Origin: an uncultured Gemmatimonadaceae bacterium | GTDB lineage: Bacteria > Gemmatimonadota > Gemmatimonadetes > Gemmatimonadales > GWC2-71-9 | Direction of reading: 5' to 3' | Assembly: GCA_964596925.1 (NCBI GenBank) | Contig: CAZQWQ010000046.1 | Location: 11,037 to 75,036, forward strand | Length of the DNA: 64,000 nt | In this document: positions 57,423-64,000 of the stretch, piece by piece | Layout: the number at the start of each line of letters is the position of its first letter | Position numbering within the stretch: position 1 is the stretch's first letter | Made by a program: the position numbers and the translations under genes | The notes under the pieces: model-generated | Seen by the model: the letters and a program-made list of their open reading frames with translations, nothing else | Database searches by the model: none | What the model was told of the DNA's origin: nothing

Positions 57423-58505
57423 ATGGGTGACAAGATCGGCGTCGGGCTTGTCGGGTCGCAGTTTATTTCCACGATCCACGCAGAGGCCCTGCGATCGGTT
57501 GCAGACGCAGCGATCCTGGCGGTCGTGTCACCAACCAGCGGGCACGCAAGGGATTTTGCAGGAAAATACAACATACCTACGCACTTCACTGCCCTCGATC
57601 CGATGTTGGCCATGGACGACATCGATATGGTCGTCATCGGGGCACCGAACTTCCTGCACTGTGATCTCACACTCCGGGCCGCGAAGGCCGGCAAGCATGT
57701 GGTGGTCGAGAAGCCGTTGTGCATGAATCTGGCCGAGGCGGACCGCATGATCGAGGCGTGCAAACGGGCGAACGTCAAACTCATGTATGCCGAAGAACTG
57801 TGCTTCACGCCAAAGTATGTCAGACTGAAGGCGCTGTTGGATGAAGGGGCCCTGGGCAAGCCGGTGTTGCTCAAGCAATCGGAAAAACATGATGGGCCGC
57901 ACGCCGATCATTTTTGGGACGTCGAGCGGTCTGGCGGAGGGGTCACCATGGACATGGGGTGCCACGCTATCGGGTTCTTCCGGTGGTTGAATGGCAGGAC
58001 CCCCATCACCTCCGTCTATGCGCAGATGAGTACGAGTGTCCATACCGCGAAGACCAAGGGGGACGACAATGCCATCATCATTCTCGAATTTGAGAATGGT
58101 GTCAGCGCGGTCGCCGAGGAGAGCTGGACAAAGCTGGGAGGCATGGACGACCGGGCAGAGATCCATGGCTCGGAAGGAGTTGCCTATGCCGATGTCCTGC
58201 AGGGCAATTCGATCCAGACCTACAGCAGACGCGGAGTGGGTTACGCTGTTGAAAAAGCGGGGATTACCACAGGGTGGAGTTTCACGATGTATGAGGAGAT
58301 TTGGAACTATGGGTTTCCTCAAGAATTGGACCATTTCGTTCGCTGCGTGAAGCACGACCAGAAACCACTGGTGACCGGTGAAGATGGAAGAGCGGTGCTC
58401 GAGGCAATATTTGCGGCTTATGAATCAGCAGGCACCGGCAGAAAGGTCATGTTGCCCTTTGAGACTGATGCCGACAAACCGTACAAGCTCTGGAAAAAGC
58501 CCTAG
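57423..58505 (+). CDS. Cytoplasmic Gfo/Idh/MocA oxidoreductase
   Basis: GLVGSQF, PNFLH, VEKP, DMGCH. Confidence 0.9.
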   Translation: MGDKIGVGLVGSQFISTIHAEALRSVADAAILAVVSPTSGHARDFAGKYNIPTHFTALDPMLAMDDIDMVVIGAPNFLHCDLTLRAAKAGKHVVVEKPLCMNLAEADRMIEACKRANVKLMYAEELCFTPKYVRLKALLDEGALGKPVLLKQSEKHDGPHADHFWDVERSGGGVTMDMGCHAIGFFRWLNGRTPITSVYAQMSTSVHTAKTKGDDNAIIILEFENGVSAVAEESWTKLGGMDDRAEIHGSEGVAYADVLQGNSIQTYSRRGVGYAVEKAGITTGWSFTMYEEIWNYGFPQELDHFVRCVKHDQKPLVTGEDGRAVLEAIFAAYESAGTGRKVMLPFETDADKPYKLWKKP

Positions 58506-60433
58506 GGCTCGACGACCTCGATGGTCCGACCGGCCTCGATCGGGCCGGCCACCGTCTGGCGTCGACCCGAAGGCCAGCGGACTTCGATCCCTCCGGCGTA
58601 GTCAACGTTCGCGAGGCCGAAATACAGCGGCATGTCACTTTGGGAGAGGTATCCCGACTTGCCGTCGAGGACCTTCAGAATCCGACGCCCGTCGGGGAGC
58701 ACGACGGTGACGTGAGCGCCGAGCCCCTCGCGGTTCGAGCGTGTGCCGCGAAGCCGGACTTTGAGGAACCGGATGCGATGGCGCTGCGCGAGGTCGCTGA
58801 CGAGCACCTGTGGGGGCCCGTTGAACTCGTTGGTCACGATGTCGAGATCACCGTCATCGTCCAGGTCGAGGGCGACAGCGGCGCGGGTCCCGAGTGAGCC
58901 CATCATAGTCAACTGGCGAGCGGCATCGAGCCGACACCCCATGGCCGACGCCTCCGGTTTGGCACAGGCGGCACACAAAGGATTGAGCGCGTCCGCTCCC
59001 TTGCAGTCAAGGGTGAACCATACCTGCTGTGTGGCGCCGTTCGGTCGCGGCTCGACCCCCACTACGAATTCGCTCGGCAGGAAGTGGTGCCCTCCCTCGT
59101 TGAGCAGCACGGAGTTGATCCCATATCGATAGGGGAAGTTCATGCCCGCGGCGATGAAAATGTCATCCCATCCGTCCGCGTTGAGGTCGTCCACACTCGG
59201 CCCCCACGGCCAATACGTTTCGACCCCGACGGAGTCGGAAACCTCCTCGAACCGGCCACCGCCCCGATTCGCGAACAGCTCGTTTCCGAAGAGGAAGCGT
59301 TCCTTCCCTTCGGGAAACATCCGGCCAGCCACCGTCGAGGAGTCGGCCTTGCGACCCTCGGCCTCCCAGTCGCCGGGAGCGATGTCGACCCACATGTCCG
59401 GGTGCATGCTCGTGACGAAGATGTCGAGCTGACTGTCCCCATCGAAGTCGAACACCTTCACCCCCATCGAACCCCAGGGAGCTTTCGGGAAGTAGCGCTC
59501 CGTCGCGTCGCGAAAATGCTTCCCGCCCTCATTGAGCCACAGGTGATCCCCACCCTGCATGTCGAGGATGTAGAGGTCGGGAAATCGGTCATGGTTCACA
59601 TCGAGCGCCGTGGCGTCGCCGCTCCAGCTCCGATCCACCAGCCCGACCTCTAGCGTAACGTCCTGGAACCGGTTGCCGCCCCGATTGCGGTAGAGAATGC
59701 TCGCTTCGGCGCGTTCGGGGTGGAGGTGACCCATGATCGCGTCGATCAGACCCACAAAGTAGCCGCCGGGCCCCCGCTCGTTGCTGGTGAACACACCCAC
59801 ATTGGCCACGAAGAGATCGAGCAAGCCGTCGCCGTCATAGTCGTAGAACACCGCGCCGGAGGAGTGGCCGACGTATCCCACTCCTGCCTGTTGGCTGATG
59901 TCGCGAAACGTCCCATTGCCATTGTTTTCCAAGAGCCGGTTCCCGTGGCGCACCGTCGTGACGAAGAGGTCGGGATCGCCGTCGTTGTCGATGTCGGCGA
60001 ACGAGCATCCGACCGCAATGGCATCCGGCATGCCGATCCCCGCCTCACTCGTGACATTCACGAACCGACCGTTGCCCTGATTCTTCCAGAGTTCGTTGGT
60101 GCCAAGTTGGTTGGCGAAATAGAGCTCGGGCAGGCCATCACCATCGACGTCCGCGGCACACAGGCCGGAACCGTGGTCGTAATGAACCAGCTTGTACGCC
60201 TTGCCCGCGTCGTCTACGATCCGGTACTCGAACGTGATCCCGCTCGCCTGCCGCTGATCCGTGAACCGGAAGTCATGCAGTATTTGCGACCGCGCGGCCA
60301 GCTCGGCTTCCTGACGGGCCCGCTCGACCAGCCATGCCGGCGTCGCCGTGGCCGCCGAGCGCTCCGCACGGGGAGAGTCGCTGCACGAGGCGAGCAGCGG
60401 CAGTGCCGAGACAAGAAGTCGGAGCCCCGCCAT
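58502..60433 (-). CDS. FG-GAP/ASPIC-UnbV (CRTAC1-like) lipoprotein (643 aa)
   Basis: ATG 60433 overlaps the GH97 stop; lipobox LASC; DxDxDG repeats; SNREGLGA, YLSQSDMPLYFGL. Confidence 0.88.
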   Translation of the reverse strand: MAGLRLLVSALPLLASCSDSPRAERSAATATPAWLVERARQEAELAARSQILHDFRFTDQRQASGITFEYRIVDDAGKAYKLVHYDHGSGLCAADVDGDGLPELYFANQLGTNELWKNQGNGRFVNVTSEAGIGMPDAIAVGCSFADIDNDGDPDLFVTTVRHGNRLLENNGNGTFRDISQQAGVGYVGHSSGAVFYDYDGDGLLDLFVANVGVFTSNERGPGGYFVGLIDAIMGHLHPERAEASILYRNRGGNRFQDVTLEVGLVDRSWSGDATALDVNHDRFPDLYILDMQGGDHLWLNEGGKHFRDATERYFPKAPWGSMGVKVFDFDGDSQLDIFVTSMHPDMWVDIAPGDWEAEGRKADSSTVAGRMFPEGKERFLFGNELFANRGGGRFEEVSDSVGVETYWPWGPSVDDLNADGWDDIFIAAGMNFPYRYGINSVLLNEGGHHFLPSEFVVGVEPRPNGATQQVWFTLDCKGADALNPLCAACAKPEASAMGCRLDAARQLTMMGSLGTRAAVALDLDDDGDLDIVTNEFNGPPQVLVSDLAQRHRIRFLKVRLRGTRSNREGLGAHVTVVLPDGRRILKVLDGKSGYLSQSDMPLYFGLANVDYAGGIEVRWPSGRRQTVAGPIEAGRTIEVVEP

Positions 60434-62493
60434 CACCTTGCCGGGCGGATGCGGATCGCCTGGCCGCCTCCGGGAGCGAGCACCAGGCGCAGCCGCGTCG
60501 CCTGTGTCACCGTTTGCTGCGTGATCGTGACCGGCAGGGGATTGTCCACCCAGTTCGCATTCGGGCCGTCGGCGTAGATCTCGGCCACATACTGCCGGCC
60601 CGGCTCGAGGAATGAGAGTGGGACGTCGAACGTGCGCGCTTCCTCGTCGGTGATCGCGCCCACGAACCAGCTTTGGCCGTTCCGCTCCCGCCGCGCGACT
60701 ACCACGTAGTCGCCGATCTTCCCCTCGAGCACGCGCGTCGTGTCCCAGTCGACCGCTACGTCGCGGATGAATTTGAACGCCGGCTGCCGTTCGTAATTCT
60801 CCGGCAGGTCCGCCGCCATCTGGAGCGGTGAGTAGAGCACCACGTAAAGGGCCAGTTGCTTCGCGAGCGTGGTGCGCACCCGTGGCTCCTCCGGACGGCG
60901 CGGCCGACCCGTGCCGCGTTCGATCAGGATATCGAAGACGCCCGGGGTGAAATCCATCGGTCCGGCCAGCAGGCGCGTGAAGAAGAGAATCGTCTCGTGC
61001 TCCGGCGGGTTGCCGCCCTCGCCGCCCCACGCGTTGTACTCCTGCCCCCGCGCGCCCTCCCGACTCATCATGTTCGGGTACGTGCGGCGCTCGCCGGTGT
61101 CGTGGATCGGCTCGTGGACGTCGAGCATGATCCCGTACTGCGCCGCCTTCTCGATCACCCGGCGGTAGTGCCGCACCATGTACTGCCCGTGGTGCGAGTG
61201 GCCTTCGCTGGTCAGGTCCGTCACGTAGCCCGACTTGATGGCGTCGAGGCCGAGAGAGCGGTATAGCGCGAACGCGCTGTCCATTTGCCGCTCGTAGTTC
61301 TCGACTCCGCCCGACGTCTCGTTGTGCACGATCAACTTCACGCCCTTCTGTTTCGCGTAGGCGGCGAGTCCCGGGAGGTCGTAGTCCGGATACGGCTGCG
61401 TGAACGAAAAGGCGTTCCGGTTCGCGATCCAATCGCCGTCCCACCCGACGTTCCAGCCCTCGACCAGCACGCCGCCGATGCCGTTGGCAGCCGCGAAGTC
61501 GATGTACCGTCTGGTGTTCGCGGTGGTCGCACCGTGTTTGGGCCCGGAACTCCACGTCATCGTGCCGATGTGCATGCCCCACCAGATCCCCACGTACTTC
61601 ATGGGCCGGATCCAGGTGGTGCTCGGCAAGGCGTTGGGCGGGTTCAGGTTGAGTCCGAGGACGGAGGGCGCCAGATCGACGGCGCGGTCGGCGAGCTGGA
61701 TCGTGCGCCAGGGGGTGACGAACGGCGTGCGGCCGCGCACCTTGATCCCGTCGGCATAGGGAGCCAAGGCCGCCCGCAGGGTTCGATTCTCCAAACGTGC
61801 CCCACGGAGATTCATGCGCGCGTAATCCACGAGATTCGCTTCATGGATGACGATGAACGTGCGGCCGTCGCGCGTCTCCATCGTGAGCGGCGTCTGCACG
61901 CTGTCCACCACGCTCACCGGTGAGGATGAATACAATATCTCCGAGCGGTCGAGGCGTGGCCGGTTCGACGGAATCCACCACGTGCGGGCATCATTCGCCA
62001 GTGTGAATTCGGTCAACTCCTCGGTGATCGCGAACGCTCCGAGATTGGGCTGTTCGGGAACTTCGTAGCGGAAGCCGACGCCGTCGTTGAAGAGCCGGAA
62101 CACCACGGCGAATGTCCGGCTGGGAAACGCCGTTTCCACCACGGAGATCTTCAGCTCGTTGTGGTGGTCGCGCACGCGGGCGACCTCGCCCCATGGTTGT
62201 GTCCATGTTTCGTCGACCGTTTGCCTGGTTGAGTCGACCAGCTGCAACCCGTTGCGCAGGGGCGGCGCCCCTTGAAACTCGAAGCCGAGAAGGGACGGCA
62301 AGATCAGCGGCCGGCCGTCTCGCTGCACGCTGTAATAGAGCTTCCCCTCGCGGAGCTCGGCGGTCACCTGGTTTCGCTCGTCCGGTGAGGCGACGCGGAC
62401 CTGGCCCTGAGCCGACGAGGTAACGCCAAAGAGCGCCGCGATCGCAACAGCAAGCGCGGAGGGGCTGGGGCAAGGCCGGAAGGATGTCCGCAT
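60433..62493 (-). CDS. GH97 alpha-glucosidase (SusB-like; 686 aa)
   Basis: Signal peptide; [59 protein letters not shown]; RBS GGAG before ATG 62493. Confidence 0.93.
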   Translation of the reverse strand: MRTSFRPCPSPSALAVAIAALFGVTSSAQGQVRVASPDERNQVTAELREGKLYYSVQRDGRPLILPSLLGFEFQGAPPLRNGLQLVDSTRQTVDETWTQPWGEVARVRDHHNELKISVVETAFPSRTFAVVFRLFNDGVGFRYEVPEQPNLGAFAITEELTEFTLANDARTWWIPSNRPRLDRSEILYSSSPVSVVDSVQTPLTMETRDGRTFIVIHEANLVDYARMNLRGARLENRTLRAALAPYADGIKVRGRTPFVTPWRTIQLADRAVDLAPSVLGLNLNPPNALPSTTWIRPMKYVGIWWGMHIGTMTWSSGPKHGATTANTRRYIDFAAANGIGGVLVEGWNVGWDGDWIANRNAFSFTQPYPDYDLPGLAAYAKQKGVKLIVHNETSGGVENYERQMDSAFALYRSLGLDAIKSGYVTDLTSEGHSHHGQYMVRHYRRVIEKAAQYGIMLDVHEPIHDTGERRTYPNMMSREGARGQEYNAWGGEGGNPPEHETILFFTRLLAGPMDFTPGVFDILIERGTGRPRRPEEPRVRTTLAKQLALYVVLYSPLQMAADLPENYERQPAFKFIRDVAVDWDTTRVLEGKIGDYVVVARRERNGQSWFVGAITDEEARTFDVPLSFLEPGRQYVAEIYADGPNANWVDNPLPVTITQQTVTQATRLRLVLAPGGGQAIRIRPAR

Positions 62494-62547
62494 GGGCATC
62501 TCCGTGAACCGTGGATGAAAGCTATATTCGTGCAAAAGGGGGACTCC

Positions 62548-62997
62548 ATGACTCCGTTCGCGTTCCGCGCCCTGCTGCCCGTCGGTCTGCTCCTCGGACT
62601 CACATCCGGATGCGGCCAAAGACGCGGCAAGACCGCGGAGCAGAGCCCTCCTCCCGCCTCGAGCGTGACCTCCGACGACATTCAACGCTCGCCGGGCCAG
62701 CCGATCGAAGAGGTGCTGCAGGGCCGGATCGCCGGCGTCACGGTGACTCGAACAGCCGACGGCGGCATCGCGGTTCGCATCCGCGGCCAGACGTCCATCC
62801 TTGGCTCGAACGAGCCGCTCTATGTGCTCGACGGTATCCCGATCCAGGCGGGCCCGGACGGGAGCCTGTCCGGAATCAGCGTCTACGACATCGAGTCCAT
62901 CGAGGTGCTGAAGGACGCGGTCAGCACGGCAATGTACGGCGCCCGGGGCGCCAACGGGGTGATCGTCATCAAAACGAAGCGTCCCGCTCCCAACTAG
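62548..62997 (+). CDS. Second TonB-dependent receptor plug-domain-only lipoprotein (149 aa)
   Basis: Lipobox TSGC; [36 protein letters not shown], stop 4 residues later. Confidence 0.85.
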   Translation: MTPFAFRALLPVGLLLGLTSGCGQRRGKTAEQSPPPASSVTSDDIQRSPGQPIEEVLQGRIAGVTVTRTADGGIAVRIRGQTSILGSNEPLYVLDGIPIQAGPDGSLSGISVYDIESIEVLKDAVSTAMYGARGANGVIVIKTKRPAPN

Positions 62998-64000
62998 TTA
63001 CTGGTCACACGCGCGGATGCCGGCTCGCGCGGCCGTATGCGCTGCACCACCAGTTCACCTACCTTGCGCCCCTGGCTGACGCCTTCCTCGATCGCCATCC
63101 GGTAATGGATCCCGCCGTACAGGCGGCTGATGGCCGCCTCGGCGGCTGCTTCGTTGAACGAGGAAAACGACCGGACCGGGAGCCCATAGTGGATCTCGGT
63201 GCTGTCGGTGAATGCGAACCCGTCGCCGAACTCGTCCGTCAGCACCGTGGCCGCCGCGGTCGAAATGCCACTATGTCCGCTCGTGTACTCCGGAAAGGGC
63301 GGCGTCTGGAGCAACGGCTCCCATTGCTCGTCCAGGTGCGCGTTGATCACCGTTTCGGGCCGCACCAGGTTGCTGCGGTATTTCTCGTCCCAGACGCTGA
63401 TGAACCCGTCGGCCAGGGCAATCGCGGTGCGGGCGTACGCCTCGGCGGACCGCATGAGATCGGCGCCGGATTTGCGAGCGGCGATCCCGACGATGCCCAT
63501 CCAATGCCCGCCGGGCGTGATTTTCTTGGTCGCGAACATGGTATGTCCCTGGACGTGCATGACGAACGGGTTGCAGTCCCAGAACGAAGCGATCTCGCGC
63601 TGCTCCGGCGTAAGTTTCCGTCCCACCGCGAAGACCTCGTACACCTGCCGAAAAAACGGGCTGCCGCGCGACATGTCGTAGGGGAGCGGGGGCCTGGGTC
63701 GGAACTGGCTCGACGAGTCCAGCGCGAACGGGCGTAGCCGGGTCCAGTTGGGCTCCACGGCGTCCATGTAGGCCGGCGGGGTGGGCCGCCACCGCGCCGG
63801 CTCGGCGGTCACCGTGTACCTGGGATACCCCCGCGTCTCGAGAAAATGGTCCTGCCTCGACCAGGCCAGGATATGCTGCGCCACCTGGTCGCCATACGCG
63901 ACGGAGCGCTCGAACACCGCTGCCGGGATTCCCATGCGGCGCATCGGCTCTTCGATGGCGGAGCGCAATGAGTCCATGCGCGCTCGCGAGAATGTGAGCG
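62994..64000 (-). CDS. Vanadium-dependent haloperoxidase / PAP2-superfamily protein, 5'-truncated by the window edge
   Basis: [32 protein letters not shown] active-site motifs; frame stays open to position 64000. Confidence 0.85.
   Translation of the reverse strand, partial: LTFSRARMDSLRSAIEEPMRRMGIPAAVFERSVAYGDQVAQHILAWSRQDHFLETRGYPRYTVTAEPARWRPTPPAYMDAVEPNWTRLRPFALDSSSQFRPRPPLPYDMSRGSPFFRQVYEVFAVGRKLTPEQREIASFWDCNPFVMHVQGHTMFATKKITPGGHWMGIVGIAARKSGADLMRSAEAYARTAIALADGFISVWDEKYRSNLVRPETVINAHLDEQWEPLLQTPPFPEYTSGHSGISTAAATVLTDEFGDGFAFTDSTEIHYGLPVRSFSSFNEAAAEAAISRLYGGIHYRMAIEEGVSQGRKVGELVVQRIRPREPASARVTSN

Noticed and set aside
58502-61582. Apparent 1026-aa CRTAC1 fusion
   Set aside because: The extension is an off-frame read of the GH97 gene; real start at 60433.
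512-63792. Numerous long Arg/Pro/Ala-rich ORFs antisense or off-frame to called genes (e.g. 512..2101+, 28722..30071+, 42045..43571+, 49524..51110+)
   Set aside because: Shadow ORFs expected at high GC; no motifs, and they fully overlap well-supported genes.
1-64000. CRISPR arrays, rRNA, integrases, transposases, prophage or defence genes
   Set aside because: No regularly spaced repeat-spacer units or diagnostic motifs seen; the recurring DxDxDG units are FG-GAP protein repeats.

Overview
GC-rich bacterial chromosomal segment, probably Gemmatimonadota-like (inferred from gene content, not verified). From left to right: lipoprotein, VOC, MarR and Omp85-like genes; a four-helix-bundle gene flanked by inverted repeats; two tandem glutamine synthetases (GSI-beta then GSI-alpha) behind a sigma54 promoter; a five-gene phosphorelay cluster; two paralogous REC-HD-GYP genes enclosing a TPR protein, an unannotated 48-aa lipopeptide gene, an AraC regulator and mqnD; pilin, MerR, LemA, HtpX, acyltransferase and kup genes; an AhpD-like selenoprotein (in-frame UGA plus SECIS) that the ORF track splits in two; and a ~33 kb region with four FG-GAP/ASPIC-UnbV (CRTAC1-like) proteins, a membrane multiheme cytochrome, an ECF sigma/Ser-Thr kinase pair, two plug-only TonB lipoproteins, alpha-glucan enzymes (two GH13, GH77, GH97, MFS), two Gfo/Idh/MocA oxidoreductases and a vanadium haloperoxidase running off the right edge. 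The best candidate for an undescribed system is the TPR / small lipopeptide / AraC module at 18057-20392. No rRNA, tRNA, CRISPR array, integrase or transposase was seen. All assignments come from motif recognition by eye; no database searches were run, and many start codons were re-chosen from RBS and overlap evidence.
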